A DNA stretch of 64,000 nucleotides, from assembly GCA_040290255.1 (NCBI GenBank), contig PSMU01000001.1:338385-402384 (forward strand), written 5' to 3'. The DNA is from Nitrososphaerota archaeon (lineage in GTDB: Archaea; Thermoproteota; Nitrososphaeria; PSMU01). The position numbers were made by a program, and so were the translations under genes. The notes beneath the pieces are model-generated. The model ran no database searches. It was not told where the DNA came from and worked only from the letters and a program-made list of their open reading frames with translations. Positions within the stretch are counted from its first letter, which is position 1. Every line of letters starts with the position of its first letter. Of the stretch, positions 1-10,743 are shown in pieces.

Positions 1-316
1 CTCCCCTCCTCTCCCCCTCGATGACGCTCAGGTAGACCTGGCCGGTCGTGATGTTGGCCTCCTTGCTGAGGTCGAGGCCAAGGAACCTCTCATAGGTGCC
101 TATGTCCATATCGCATTCGCCCCCGTCCTCGGTCACAAAGACCTCGCCGTGCACATAGGGGTTCATGGTGCCGGCGTCCACGTTCAGGTACGGATCTATC
201 TTCGCACATGAGACGTTATAGCCCATGAGCTGAATGAGCTTAGCCGTCGAGGCGGTCACAACCCCCTTGCCCAGCCCCGACATCACTCCGCCAGTTACGA
301 AGATGAACTTCCGCAT
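1..316 (-). CDS. pyrG: CTP synthase, N-terminal part (runs off window start)
   Basis: Manual translation from ATG at 316: [23 protein letters not shown]...[41 protein letters not shown], the CTP synthase N-terminal signature. Confidence 0.97.
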   Translation of the reverse strand, partial: MRKFIFVTGGVMSGLGKGVVTASTAKLIQLMGYNVSCAKIDPYLNVDAGTMNPYVHGEVFVTEDGGECDMDIGTYERFLGLDLSKEANITTGQVYLSVIEGERRG

Positions 317-356
317 GGCCAGCTCCTCGCTCCTGCCTAAATTAACTTTACGCGCC

Positions 357-1313
357 CTACTCCCTCAGCGGGCCGGCGAGGTCCGCCAGGTCCACCCAGA
401 GGCCCGCTATATCGAGGAGCAGGGAGCAGACGACGGCCAGCTCGGCCCCGCGGTTGGAGGAGAGCAGGGTGCCCGCCAGCTCCCTGGCGCGCTCATACGT
501 CTCGTGCGCTGCGAGCGTGCGGCCCATATCCCTGGAGAGGAAGGCCCCAAAGGCCTGCTCCTGTCCTTCCTTAAGGAGGGCCAGCAGCCTGAGAAGCCCT
601 TCCCCTTCATGCCCAAGGCGGGGCGCCTGAGCGAGCGCCACCGCCTTATCTCCTATTCCCTCGAGCAGCTGTGAGGCCACCCTGAAGTCCAGCAGCCGGA
701 GCGGCGACAGGCCCAGCCGGAGCGCCAGCGAGGGGTCCGAGGCCGCGCCCCTCAGCAGCCTCACGAGGTAAAAATAGAGCCTATCCACGACCTCATCCTC
801 GTCCAGCACCTTCTTGGGCTCCTCCCTTCCCAGGGCCGCCTCCAGGGCCCACCGCTGCATCTTGAGCGTGCTGACGTGCATCCTCCTCAGCGCCTGCTCC
901 GGCGCTAGGCCCGAGGCATCGGCCATAACTCGCAGCAGCAGCTCGCCGTCCTCCTCGACCAGCTCCAGGCCCAGCAGTTTGGAGGTCAGGGCCCTTATCA
1001 GCTGCCTTGCCCCCTCGGCCATCCCCTTCTCGGCGCTAATGCGTATATCATCATATCCATCTAGGTATGCGGCGACGAGCTCGTTGTAGAAGGCCCCCTC
1101 CTGGCCCTGTGCATACCTCAGCGAGATCGACCTGCGGGCGGCCTGAGCCCCTTTCCAGGGCAGCAGCAGCAGCACCCTGCCCTCTATCCTGGCCTCAAGC
1201 GGGTCGCCCTTCTTAAGGCCCAGGGCCTTGGCCCACGCATGAGGAACCGCGACCACCAGCGAGCCGCCGCTCCTCTGAAGGCGCCTCAGCTCGGTCCTAG
1301 GCGCTTGATACAT
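357..1313 (-). CDS. PhoU-family phosphate uptake regulator with N-terminal AbrB/MazE domain
   Basis: [28 protein letters not shown] (AbrB-like), [25 protein letters not shown] and LEGIGD PhoU motifs; start moved to ATG 1313. Confidence 0.88.
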   Translation of the reverse strand: MYQAPRTELRRLQRSGGSLVVAVPHAWAKALGLKKGDPLEARIEGRVLLLLPWKGAQAARRSISLRYAQGQEGAFYNELVAAYLDGYDDIRISAEKGMAEGARQLIRALTSKLLGLELVEEDGELLLRVMADASGLAPEQALRRMHVSTLKMQRWALEAALGREEPKKVLDEDEVVDRLYFYLVRLLRGAASDPSLALRLGLSPLRLLDFRVASQLLEGIGDKAVALAQAPRLGHEGEGLLRLLALLKEGQEQAFGAFLSRDMGRTLAAHETYERARELAGTLLSSNRGAELAVVCSLLLDIAGLWVDLADLAGPLRE

Positions 1314-1369
1314 ATCAATATGTATTGAATGTATGCAATATTGATAAGGTTTGCTCACGTGGTGGGCCC

Positions 1370-2311
1370 GTGCCCCCCTCCGTGCTCGTGCCCGCCCATA
1401 TAACGGGCTTCTTCTATCCGCTGCTGGACTCACCGGATCCGCTACGCCAGGGCTCGCTGGGCGCGGGCGTCTCGCTGCAGATGGGCATGCGCACCGAGGC
1501 CGAGTTCCTTGAGGGAGAGCAGGGGAGCGTGGAGGTCTGGATAAATGGGGAGCAGGTCGAGGAGGCCCCCGTCAGCCGGCGCGTGGGCGAGCTGCTCCTG
1601 CTCTGGAGCCGGAAGAGCGGTAAGCTCGTCCTGAGGCATGAGGCCTACGCCCCCATAGGCGCGGGCTTCGGCATGAGCGGCGCGGCGGCGCTCGGCGCGG
1701 CCCTCGCGGGGGCCAGGGCGCTGGGCCTGGCCCTAAGGCCCCTTCAGCTCGCCCAACTGGCCCACCTGGTGGAGGTGGAGCAGCGCACGGGGCTGGGCAC
1801 GGTGATAGCCGAGTACTATGGAGGCCTCGAGCTGAGGCTCAGGCCCGGCGCGCCCGGCATAGGCCAGCTGATCAAGCTGAAGCTCGCCGAACCATATTAC
1901 GTGCTGGCCTCGTACAATGGGCCGATGAGCACCCGGGCCCTGCTCTCCAGCCAGGAGGTCCTGAGCGAGGTGAGGGCCCTTGCCCCTTCCCTCCTGGCGC
2001 GCCTGCTCAGGGAGCCCAGCGCCGAGCTGTTCATGAGGCTGAGCCACGAGTTCTCGCTCGCGCTCACCGGCGTGCCGGGCGCCGTGAAGGAGGAGCTGAG
2101 GAGGCTTAGGCAGGAGGGCCTGCTCATGGCCATGGCGATGTTCGGCCACACGTACTTCACGCTCGTGCCCGAGTCCCGGCTCGACGAGGAAAGGAGGAGG
2201 GCCTCGCAGCTGATCGCGGGGCGCAGGCTCTACCTCGCCAGGGTGGATGAGGAGGGCTTGGAGGGAAGGCTGCTCTATGAGGATCCCGCCCAACCATCCC
2301 AGGGCCGCTAG
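1370..2311 (+). CDS. Pantoate kinase (GHMP kinase family)
   Basis: VPAHITGFF, GSLGAGV, PIGAGFGMSGA, TGLGTV, MFGHT motifs; first gene of CoA operon; GTG start inferred. Confidence 0.92.
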   Translation: MPPSVLVPAHITGFFYPLLDSPDPLRQGSLGAGVSLQMGMRTEAEFLEGEQGSVEVWINGEQVEEAPVSRRVGELLLLWSRKSGKLVLRHEAYAPIGAGFGMSGAAALGAALAGARALGLALRPLQLAQLAHLVEVEQRTGLGTVIAEYYGGLELRLRPGAPGIGQLIKLKLAEPYYVLASYNGPMSTRALLSSQEVLSEVRALAPSLLARLLREPSAELFMRLSHEFSLALTGVPGAVKEELRRLRQEGLLMAMAMFGHTYFTLVPESRLDEERRRASQLIAGRRLYLARVDEEGLEGRLLYEDPAQPSQGR

Positions 2312-3053
2312 CCTTATCATCAGGGAGAGGCTGGTGGAGGCATACCGGCAGGGCATCGTCGCGCCCGAGGGGCTCCTCGCCCACGGCAGGGGGGAGGCCT
2401 TCGATTACCTTCTTGGCGAGAGGACCATACCGGAGGCGGAGAGCGCGATCGAGGCCGCCGCCGCGCTGCTCCTCCTGGCGGCCAGGCCGGTGATCTCTGT
2501 CAACGGCAACGCCTGCGCGCTTGCGGCCGAGGAGCTGGTCAAGCTCTCGAAGGTCACGGGCGCGCGCCTGGAGGTGAACCTCTTCTACAGGACGAGGCAG
2601 AGGGAGGAGGCGATCGCGCGGCGGCTGAAGGAGGCGGGGGCCGAGGAGGTCTACGGCGTGGGCGAGCAGGCCTCGGCGACGATCCCCGAGCTCTCCAGCG
2701 AAAGGAGGCGCGTGGACCCCCGGGGCATCCTGGCGGCCGATGTGGTGCTCGTGCCGCTCGAGGATGGCGACAGGACCGAGGCCCTCAGGAGGCTGGGCAA
2801 GCAGGTGATCGCCATAGACCTGAACCCCCTCTCCAGAACGGCCCGCATGGCCACGGTGACGATCGTCGATAACATCGTGAGGGCGCTGCCCCGGCTAGTT
2901 CAGGCCTGCGCAACGCTGAGGACCCTAGGAAGGGAGGAGCTGGCCTCGAGGGTATCCTCCTTCAACAACGAGCGAAACCTAAGGGCCGCGCTGGCCAGGA
3001 TCCTGGAGGGCCTGAGAAGGCTGGCGGGTGAGGAGGATGGCGGAGAGGGTTAG
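2277..3053 (+). CDS. 4-phosphopantoate--beta-alanine ligase (phosphopantothenate synthetase, PPS)
   Basis: IPPNHPRAASL, GLLAHGRGEAFDYLLGE, VPLEDGDRTEAL, IDLNPLSRT. Confidence 0.96.
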   Translation: MRIPPNHPRAASLIIRERLVEAYRQGIVAPEGLLAHGRGEAFDYLLGERTIPEAESAIEAAAALLLLAARPVISVNGNACALAAEELVKLSKVTGARLEVNLFYRTRQREEAIARRLKEAGAEEVYGVGEQASATIPELSSERRRVDPRGILAADVVLVPLEDGDRTEALRRLGKQVIAIDLNPLSRTARMATVTIVDNIVRALPRLVQACATLRTLGREELASRVSSFNNERNLRAALARILEGLRRLAGEEDGGEG

Positions 3054-3906
3054 GAAGGTCTCGGTGCAGGACCTCTGGGAGAAGAAGGCCAGGGGCGAAA
3101 AGATCGTGATGGTGACGGCCTACGATTATCCCTCGGCCAGGGCCGCGGAGGAGGCGGGCGTGGACGTGATCCTCGTGGGGGACTCGGGGGCCATGGTCGT
3201 GCTGGGCTATGAGGATACCAGGCCCGTGACGATGGAGGAGATGCTCGTGCTCTCGAGGGCCGTGGCCCGGGGCGCGAGGAGGCCCCTGCTCGTCGGGGAC
3301 ATGCCCTTCATGTCCTTTCAGGCGGGCGTCGAGGAGGCCCTAAGAAATGCCGGGCGCTTTATAAAGGAGGGGGGCATGGATGCGGTGAAGATCGAGGGCG
3401 GCGCCGAGCAGGCGCGGGTGGTAAGGGCCCTGACCGAGGCGGGCATCCCCGTCATGGGCCACATAGGCTTCACGCCCCAGAGCGTGCCCATCTGGAAGGG
3501 CTACCGCTCCCAGGGCAAGAAGGCCGAGGACGCGCTCAGGCTGCTGGAGGATGCGGTGGCGCTCGAGGAGGCGGGCGCCTTCTGCATAGTGCTCGAGATG
3601 GTCACGGCCGAGGCGGCGGAGGCGATCACGGCCCGGCTCAGGATACCTACGATAGGCATAGGCTCGGGCCCCGGCTGTGACGGACAGGTGCTCGTGCTGC
3701 ACGACCTGATCGGATATTACGATAGGTTCACGCCCAAGTTCGCGAAGCGGTATGCCGATGTGAGGGGCATCGTGCTTCAGGCGCTGAGGGCCTATAGGGA
3801 GGAGGTGCTGGGGGGCCACTTCCCGGGCGAGGAGCATCTATTCAGGATGGAGCCCGGCGAGCGGGAGAAGTTCCTGGCCCGGCTGGCGGCGTGGAGGCGG
3901 GCATAG
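3037..3906 (+). CDS. panB: 3-methyl-2-oxobutanoate hydroxymethyltransferase
   Basis: VTAYDY, ILVGDS, GDMPF, VKIEGG, GHIGFTPQ, GIGSGPGCDGQVLV. Confidence 0.97.
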   Translation: MAERVRKVSVQDLWEKKARGEKIVMVTAYDYPSARAAEEAGVDVILVGDSGAMVVLGYEDTRPVTMEEMLVLSRAVARGARRPLLVGDMPFMSFQAGVEEALRNAGRFIKEGGMDAVKIEGGAEQARVVRALTEAGIPVMGHIGFTPQSVPIWKGYRSQGKKAEDALRLLEDAVALEEAGAFCIVLEMVTAEAAEAITARLRIPTIGIGSGPGCDGQVLVLHDLIGYYDRFTPKFAKRYADVRGIVLQALRAYREEVLGGHFPGEEHLFRMEPGEREKFLARLAAWRRA

Positions 3907-4814
3907 TGGGCGCCGGCGCGGTGGGCAGGCTCCTGGCCTGCCTGCTGAGCCTCGGCGGGGCCCGGGTGACGCTCTATGCCAGGGACGAGGCGAAGAGGAG
4001 GGCCCTGGAGCAGCAGGGGCTAAGGCTCGAGGGGCCGGAGGGAGTGAAAACGGCCAGCGTGAAGCTGGCCCGCGGTCCCGAGGAGCTGGCCGAAGCGGGC
4101 TTCGTCATCCTGGCCACCAAGGCGCACCAGCTGGAGGGCGCGCTGCAGGAGCTGCGCCCGGTGCTGGCCAGGGGCCCCTGCCTCGTGCTCGTGCAGAACG
4201 GCATGGGCTTTCAGGAGAGGGTGGCCCAATCCGTGGGGCCCGAGAGGCTGGTGGTGGCCTCGCTATATATAGGGGCCCAGCTGCGCGATGAGGGCAGCGT
4301 GCTGTATGCGGGAGGCAGCGATGTGGAGCTCGCCGCGCTGGCGCCCTCCGCCCGCGGCCGCCTGGAGGAGGCCTCTCGCCTCTTCGCGGCCGGCGGGCTT
4401 CGCGTGCGCATCAGGCAGGACTGGAGGGCCATGCTCTGGGAGAAGCTCATCGTGAATTCGGCCATAAATCCCATCACGGCGCTGAGCGGGCTCTCGAACG
4501 GCGAGGTGCTGCAGGTCCCCTCGCTTGCCCGGCTGCTGGTGCGCGTGGCGCACGAGAGCTATAGGGTCGCGCTGGCGGAGGGCATAGGGCCCTCCTTCAC
4601 GGACCCCGCGGCCAAGGTGCTGGAGGCCTGCAGGAGCACGGCCTCCAACAGGTCCTCCATGCTACAGGACCTGCAGGCCGGCAGGAGGACCGAGGTCGAC
4701 TTCATCAACGGATACATCGTGGAGAAGGCCCAGGAGAGGGGCGTGGAGGCGCCTTTGAACCTGGCGCTTTATGCCCTGGTCAAGGGGAGGGAGAGGGCGC
4801 TTGGCGTCGGCTGA
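3891..4814 (+). CDS. panE: 2-dehydropantoate 2-reductase
   Basis: GIVGAGAVG, ATKA, QNG, WEKLIVNSAINP, SSMLQDL..GRRTEVDFING. Confidence 0.95.
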   Translation: MEAGIVGAGAVGRLLACLLSLGGARVTLYARDEAKRRALEQQGLRLEGPEGVKTASVKLARGPEELAEAGFVILATKAHQLEGALQELRPVLARGPCLVLVQNGMGFQERVAQSVGPERLVVASLYIGAQLRDEGSVLYAGGSDVELAALAPSARGRLEEASRLFAAGGLRVRIRQDWRAMLWEKLIVNSAINPITALSGLSNGEVLQVPSLARLLVRVAHESYRVALAEGIGPSFTDPAAKVLEACRSTASNRSSMLQDLQAGRRTEVDFINGYIVEKAQERGVEAPLNLALYALVKGRERALGVG

Positions 4815-6033
4815 GGGCTATAGGCCCGCCTCGGAGATAAGGGGCACGAAGGGCAACCGGCTGCAGGGCGTGAATGTGATCCTGGGCATCTGTGGGAGCA
4901 TAGCGGCGCTGGAGAGCTACAGGGTGGCCAGGGAGCTGATAAGGGAGGGGGCCGAGGTGTGGCCCGTGCTCACGCCCAGCGCCAGGAGGCTCGTGAGCGA
5001 GGAGGCGCTCTGGTGGGCCACGGGCAACAGGCCCATCACCCGGCTCACGGGCGCGCTGGAGCATGTGCTGCTGCTCAAGAAGCAGAACCCCGTCATGCTC
5101 ATAGCCCCCGCCACGGCCAACACGCTCGCTAAGATCGCGGCGGGCATCGATGATACGCCCGTCACGAGCCTTGCCTCCGTCGCCCTGGGCCTGGGCGTGC
5201 CGCTGCTCGCCGCGCCGGCCATGCACGAGCCCATGTACAGGAACCCCTTCGTGGCCCAGGCGATGAAGAGGCTGAGGGAGGCGGGCATCCTCTTCATCGA
5301 GCCCAAGGTGGAGGAGGAGAAGGCGAAGATGGCCGAGCCCGAGAGGATCCTGGAGGCCGTCGTGGCGGCGGTCAGCCCCCCGCTCAGGGGGCGCCGGCTG
5401 CTGATCACGGCGGGGCCCACCGTGGAGCACTTGGATCCCGTGCGCGTAATAACGAACAGGAGCAGCGGGCTGATGGGCCTTGAGCTGGCCAGGGAGGCGC
5501 GCAGAAGGGGCGCGGAGGTGACGCTCATCCTGGGCCCCACGCCCCTGGAGCCCCCGCCGGGCGTGCGCGTGCTCAGGGCGCTGAGCGCCTCCCAGATGGC
5601 GGAGCTCGTGGCCTCGGAGCTGGCCTCCGGCGAGTATCATGCCGTGCTCGCGGCCGCGGCGCCGGCGGACTTCAGGCCCACATCCCCTTCGAGGCGCAAG
5701 CTGGACAGCCGCGTGCGCAGGCTCAGGCTGGAGCTGGTGCCCACGCCGAAGGTCATCGGCCAGGTCAAGAGGCTGAGGCCCGGCGCGCTGCTGGTCGCCT
5801 TTAAGGCGGAGCCCAGCGCAAGCGCGCTGAGGAGGAGGGCGCCGCTGCTCTTCAAGGAGGCGGGCGCGGACCTCGTCGTGGCCAACGAGGCCGCGGAGGG
5901 CTATGGCCCGGGCGAAGTGCGCCAGAGGGGCTTCATCCTCGACCGGCAGGGCCGCAGGCTCTCCTTCGAGGCCGACAAGGCCTCGCTGGCCTCGCTCATC
6001 CTGGACCTGGTGCAGGAGAGGCTGAAGGCATGA
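4801..6033 (+). CDS. coaBC: Bifunctional phosphopantothenoylcysteine decarboxylase/synthase
   Basis: GICGSIAA, APATANTLAKIAAGIDD, PAMHEPM, ITAGPTVEHLDPVRVITNRSSG; TTG start inferred. Confidence 0.95.
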   Translation: MASAEGYRPASEIRGTKGNRLQGVNVILGICGSIAALESYRVARELIREGAEVWPVLTPSARRLVSEEALWWATGNRPITRLTGALEHVLLLKKQNPVMLIAPATANTLAKIAAGIDDTPVTSLASVALGLGVPLLAAPAMHEPMYRNPFVAQAMKRLREAGILFIEPKVEEEKAKMAEPERILEAVVAAVSPPLRGRRLLITAGPTVEHLDPVRVITNRSSGLMGLELAREARRRGAEVTLILGPTPLEPPPGVRVLRALSASQMAELVASELASGEYHAVLAAAAPADFRPTSPSRRKLDSRVRRLRLELVPTPKVIGQVKRLRPGALLVAFKAEPSASALRRRAPLLFKEAGADLVVANEAAEGYGPGEVRQRGFILDRQGRRLSFEADKASLASLILDLVQERLKA

Positions 6034-6587
6034 AGGGCCCGCTCTTCGCGCTCACGGGCCCCCCGGGCTCGGGCAAGACGACGCTGGCGCTGAGGCTCGT
6101 GCAGGACATAAGGGCCCAGGGCCATGCGGCGGGAGGCGTCATCAGCCTGGAGGTAAGGGAGGGCGGTAGGAGGACGGGGTTCGTGATGAGGGACCTGCTC
6201 ACGGGCGAGCAGGAGCTCCTGGCGACGACGAAGGGGGGCCGGGGCCCGAGGCTGGGGCGCTACTTCGTGAACGTAGAGGGCATAGGCGGCTTCTGCAGGA
6301 GGGCCCTGGAGAGGGCCAGGCAGCAGGGCGGGCTGGTGGTCGTGGATGAGGTGGGGCCCATGGAGCTGCTGAGCGAGGAGTTCGTGGGGGCGGTGGAGGA
6401 GGCGCTGGGCTGGGGAAGGCCGCTGCTCGTGGTGCTGCACCAGAGGAGCGCCCATGCCCTGGCGAGCAGGATAAGGGCCAGCGCGAGGGCGCTCTACTCC
6501 CTGGCCGAGAGGCCCCCCGAGCTCGTGCGCCGGGAGCTGCTGGAGGCGCTGCTGGCCGAGCTTCGGGCGGCTAAGCCTTATTATTAG
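6030..6587 (+). CDS. THEP1-type nucleoside-triphosphatase
   Basis: TGPPGSGKTT, EVREGGRRTGF, VVDEVGPMEL. Confidence 0.92.
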   Translation: MKGPLFALTGPPGSGKTTLALRLVQDIRAQGHAAGGVISLEVREGGRRTGFVMRDLLTGEQELLATTKGGRGPRLGRYFVNVEGIGGFCRRALERARQQGGLVVVDEVGPMELLSEEFVGAVEEALGWGRPLLVVLHQRSAHALASRIRASARALYSLAERPPELVRRELLEALLAELRAAKPYY

Positions 6588-6588
6588 G

Positions 6589-9500
6589 GTGCGCGCGCCT
6601 CGCGCCGTGTTCATAAAGCGCGTCGAGCTCCAGGGCTTCAAGTCGGTGGGCCAGCGCCCGCTCTCCCTGCAGTTGGAGAGGGGGCTCACCGTGATCACCG
6701 GCCCCAACGGCTCGGGCAAGAGCAACGTGCTCGACGCCATCGCCTTCTGCCTGGGCGAGTCAAGCCTCAAGAGGCTGAGGGCGAACCGGCTGAGCGCGCT
6801 CATTCACTCCTCCGGGGGCCGGGCGCTGGACCGGTGCCGGGTCTCGGTGACGCTGGATAACAACGACGGCGTCCTGCCCATCGAGGCGAGCACGGTGATC
6901 GTGGCCAGGGAGATGGATGCGTCCGGCGAGAGCCGCTTCTACGTGAACGGCAGGAGGGTGAGCAAGGGCGAGCTGGAGGACCTGCTCTCCGCGGCGGGGC
7001 TCCTGCCCGGGGGGCTCTGGATGCTGCCCCAGGGCACCGTCACCAGGGTCGCGGACCTGAACCCCGTGGAGAGGAGGAGGCTCGTGGAGGAGCTGGCGGG
7101 CCTCGAGAGGTTCGAGGCGAAGAAGGCCGAGGCGCTGAAGGAGCTCGAGGAGGCGGACCGAAGGCTCGAGTTCCACAGGGGCCAGGTGGGCATCAGGAGG
7201 GAGGAGCTGCTGGAGCTCGAGGCGCAGAGGAACGAGCGGCTGAGGCTCCGGCTGCTGGAGAGGTACCTAAGGCGCCTAAGGGCTTCAAGGCTGGCCCAGG
7301 AGCTGCTGGAGCTCAGCGCCCAGGCCGAGGAGGCCGAGCGCGCGTTGGGCCAGAAGGAGCAGGAGAGGGCGAGGCTCGAGCAGGAGAGGGAGGCGCTGCT
7401 CGCCTCGCTGGAGCAGCTGGAGCGCCAGAGGCAGGGCCTGATGGCCTCGCTTGTCGGGGAGGGCAGGGGCCCGGCCGAGCTGGCCTACCTCATATCGGAG
7501 AAGGAGGGTAGGCTGGGGCAGCTGGAGAGGAGGAGGCAGGAGCTGGCCGAGGAGAGGGCAAGGCTGCAGGCCGGGCTCGAGGACCTGGCCCGGGCGCGGG
7601 CCAAGAACCTGGAGGAGAGGGCAAGGCTCAGGGGCGAGCTGGAGGCGCTGCGCCTAAAGCTGCGGGAGCTCGAAGGGGAGAAGCGCGCCAGGCTCTCACA
7701 GCTTAGGGCCGAGGAGAGGGAGGCGAGGAGGCTGAGCGCCCTTCTGGCGAGGAGGACCACGGAGCAGCAGAGGCTGGAGCAGAGGGCCAGGGCGCTGGCC
7801 AAGAGGAGGGATGCGCTGCTGGTCAGGTTCCTGGCCGAGCAGGAGAGGGCCAGGGCGCTGAGGGAGAGGATACAGGGGCTCGCGAGGAGGGTCCAGGAGG
7901 CCAGGGCCACGCAGGAGGCGCTGGAGAAGGCGCTGGCGGGGCTGGAGGAGCTCAGGGGCGGCGTCCTCAGCGAGGCGAAGCAGGAGAGGGAGGCCCTTGA
8001 GCGCCTGCACGCGAGGTGGGGCGAGGCCCTTCAGAACCTCTCCTTCGCGCAGAGGGCCCTGCAGGAGGGCTATGCGCTGCTGCTCTCCTCCGGCGAGAGG
8101 CTCGCGGGGCCGGCGGAGGCAAAGCTGGAGGAGCTCTATAGGAAGGGGGTCTGCGGGGAATACCTGGGGCGGCTGGAGGAGCTGCTGGGCAGCGCCGAGC
8201 CGGCGCTGCTCGCCGCGCTGGGCCCCTGGCGCTATGCGCATGTCTTCAGGGAGGCCTCGGCCCTCCCAAAGGCGCTCAGGCTGGCCGAGAGGCTCGACCT
8301 TCACCCCCTCCTTGCCTGCGCGGAGCTCGCCCCGGAGCGCCCTGCGCCCTTGCCCGAGGGCGCAAGGGCCTGGGTGGCGGAGCTCGTGGCGAACCCGGAG
8401 CTAAGGGGGCTCGTGCACAGGCTCTCCGGCGGGGCCCTCCTGGCGGAGGACAGGCGCTCGGCGCTCGCGCTGGCGCGGGAGGGCTACAGGGCCGTGCTTC
8501 AGGATGGGGAGCTCTATGAAGGCGGCGCCAGCGGGGCCCTTAGGCCCTACCTGCTGCCCCCCTCCCAGGCAAGGGCGATCACGTCGGACCTCAGGGCCCT
8601 GCAGGAGGCGGTGGGCCGGCTGCTGAACAGGGCGCTGGAGATGGTGAGGGAGGGCACGAGGAGGCTGGCCCAGCTGGAGAGGAAGGTGGCCCGCCATGCC
8701 TCGCTGGAGGGGGAGGCGCTGGCCTTCAGGAGGGTGGGCAGGAGGGCCCTCAGGGCCCTGGCCCAGCTCGAGGCGCTGCGCGCCAGGCTGGAGGAGAGGC
8801 TCGCCGCCCGCGAAAGGGCCCTGGGCCAGCTGAAGCAGGCGCTTGAAGCCCTCACGGCCAAGGGGCAGGAGCTGGAGGAGCAGCTCAGGGGCCTGACGCT
8901 GCCCGAGCTCCGCGAGGCGCTGCAGCGCTCTCAGGCTCGGCAGGCGCAGCTGAGGGATGAGCTCTTCGAGGTGGAGAAGCGGATGGGCGAGTGGAGGGGC
9001 CGGCTCCCGCCGCTGAGGGCCGAGCTGCGCACGCTGCTGGAGCAGGCGCGGCGCATAGCGGAGCAGGCCAGCCAGGCGAGGCTGAGGCTAAAGCAGCTGG
9101 CCCAGGAGCTGCCCAGGCTGGGGGGCGAGCTCGAGCAGGAGAGGCAGGCGCTCGAGGCGCTGGCCAAGGAGAGGGAGGCCCTGATGGAGAAGCTGAGGTC
9201 CATACAGCCGACCCTGGATGCCCTGGGCCAGGAGAGGGAGAGGCTGGAGCTGCGCAGGAGGGAGCTGGAGGCCTCGCTCAGCAGGCTGGACAGGGAGGCC
9301 TCGGCGCTCAGGGGGCAGCTGGCCCGGCTGGAGGCCAGAAGGGAGGCGGCCTCTCGCTCGCTGCAGGAGCTGGGCGAGGAGGCGCGCCCCCTGGCCGGCG
9401 AGGAGCTGGAGCGGGCGCTCTCGGAGCTGGAGCAGGAGAGGGCCTCGCTGGCCGAGCGCGTCAACATGGCGGCCGAGGAGGCCTATGAGGCCCTCTATAG

Positions 9501-10065
9501 GGGGTACCGCTCGCTCTCCCAGAGGCTTAGGCAGCTCGAGCTGGAGAGGGAGGCGATCGTGAAGGCGATAGAGGAGGTCGAGGCCCAGAAGAGGGGCGAG
9601 TTCCTGAAGCTCTACACGCGCCTGAACGAGGGCCTGCAGCAGGTCTTCGCCGAGCTGACGGGGGGCACGGCCCGGCTCGAGCTGGAGGACCCCGAGACGA
9701 TCTTCAACGGGGGGCTCTTCCTGCTCGCCTCCTTCCCCGGCAAGGATGAAAGGGAATCGAACGCGCTCAGCGGGGGCGAGAGGACGGCCGCCGCGCTCAG
9801 CTTCTCGCTGGCGGTGCAGGCGCTGAGCCCCTCGCCCATCCTCGTGCTGGACGAGGTGGACGCGCACCTGGACTACCAGAACGCGCAGCGGTTCGCGGAG
9901 GTGCTCGCGCAGAGGGCCCGGCAGAGGCAGATCATCGTCACGAGCCTCAGGGAGTCGATGGTGGCCGCCGCGGACTTGGTCTACGGGCTGTACAGCGTGG
10001 ATGGCCTGACCAGGGCCGTGAGGTACAGGCCGCTGGTGGGGGTGAAGAGCGCTGGAGGGGGCTGA
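6589..10065 (+). CDS. smc: Chromosome segregation ATPase SMC
   Basis: GFKS, GPNGSGKSN Walker A, long coiled coils, LSGGE signature, VLDEVDAHLD Walker B; followed by scpA/scpB. Confidence 0.95.
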   Translation: MRAPRAVFIKRVELQGFKSVGQRPLSLQLERGLTVITGPNGSGKSNVLDAIAFCLGESSLKRLRANRLSALIHSSGGRALDRCRVSVTLDNNDGVLPIEASTVIVAREMDASGESRFYVNGRRVSKGELEDLLSAAGLLPGGLWMLPQGTVTRVADLNPVERRRLVEELAGLERFEAKKAEALKELEEADRRLEFHRGQVGIRREELLELEAQRNERLRLRLLERYLRRLRASRLAQELLELSAQAEEAERALGQKEQERARLEQEREALLASLEQLERQRQGLMASLVGEGRGPAELAYLISEKEGRLGQLERRRQELAEERARLQAGLEDLARARAKNLEERARLRGELEALRLKLRELEGEKRARLSQLRAEEREARRLSALLARRTTEQQRLEQRARALAKRRDALLVRFLAEQERARALRERIQGLARRVQEARATQEALEKALAGLEELRGGVLSEAKQEREALERLHARWGEALQNLSFAQRALQEGYALLLSSGERLAGPAEAKLEELYRKGVCGEYLGRLEELLGSAEPALLAALGPWRYAHVFREASALPKALRLAERLDLHPLLACAELAPERPAPLPEGARAWVAELVANPELRGLVHRLSGGALLAEDRRSALALAREGYRAVLQDGELYEGGASGALRPYLLPPSQARAITSDLRALQEAVGRLLNRALEMVREGTRRLAQLERKVARHASLEGEALAFRRVGRRALRALAQLEALRARLEERLAARERALGQLKQALEALTAKGQELEEQLRGLTLPELREALQRSQARQAQLRDELFEVEKRMGEWRGRLPPLRAELRTLLEQARRIAEQASQARLRLKQLAQELPRLGGELEQERQALEALAKEREALMEKLRSIQPTLDALGQERERLELRRRELEASLSRLDREASALRGQLARLEARREAASRSLQELGEEARPLAGEELERALSELEQERASLAERVNMAAEEAYEALYRGYRSLSQRLRQLELEREAIVKAIEEVEAQKRGEFLKLYTRLNEGLQQVFAELTGGTARLELEDPETIFNGGLFLLASFPGKDERESNALSGGERTAAALSFSLAVQALSPSPILVLDEVDAHLDYQNAQRFAEVLAQRARQRQIIVTSLRESMVAAADLVYGLYSVDGLTRAVRYRPLVGVKSAGGG

Positions 10066-10126
10066 GCGCGAGCCGCAGCTGCCCCCCCTCCTGAGGCTGC
10101 TGCTCAACCCCCTGCTGCTGAGGAGG

Positions 10127-10705
10127 GTGAGGCCCTGGGAGGTGAACCTGCTGGAGGCCCTGCAGCAGCTGAGGAGCTATGCGGAAAGGCTGGGCCGCCC
10201 GCTGCCGCTCTACGGCCTGGCCGTGCGCTCCTCCTCGCTCATCTACAGGCTGAAGGTCGAGACGCTCTTCGAGGAGCCGGCCAAGAGGAGGGCCCCGCCG
10301 CGGGCCTCTTCGCTGGCCCCCCCGCCCATCCTGGACAGGCTGTCCATGCCCTTTAGGAGGGAGCCCGCGCTCGTGAGCGTGGAGGAGCTGCTGGCCGCCC
10401 TGGAGGAGCTGCTCAGGGAGGAGCCCTCGGCCCCCCAGGCCCCGCGCGCCCTTGAGCCCCTCGAGCAGCCCCAGCCCCAGGAGCTGCTCTCGGCCTCGCT
10501 CGCCCGCCACCTGCAGGAGCTGAGGCTTCGCATCCTGGAGCTCTCGGGCGTGAGGGGCGAGCTGCTCTTCAGCCAGCTCGTGGCCGGCCTAGGGGCGCAG
10601 GAGGCCGCCAGGGCCTTTCTCTGCCTCCTCTTCCTGGCCCAAGAGGGCGCCGTGCTGCTGGAGCAGCAGGAGGAGGAGATAAGGGTCGTGCCCGTGGGCG
10701 CATAG
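10127..10705 (+). CDS. scpA: Segregation/condensation kleisin ScpA (true start may be ~10052)
   Basis: PWEVNL, SSSLIYRLKVE, C-terminal FLCLLFLAQEGAVLLEQ; lies between smc and scpB; the frame is open upstream (EPQLPPLLRLLLNP). Confidence 0.85.
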   Translation: MRPWEVNLLEALQQLRSYAERLGRPLPLYGLAVRSSSLIYRLKVETLFEEPAKRRAPPRASSLAPPPILDRLSMPFRREPALVSVEELLAALEELLREEPSAPQAPRALEPLEQPQPQELLSASLARHLQELRLRILELSGVRGELLFSQLVAGLGAQEAARAFLCLLFLAQEGAVLLEQQEEEIRVVPVGA

Positions 10706-10743
10706 GCGGCCGCGGTTATATAGCTCCGTGCACGCTAAGGGGC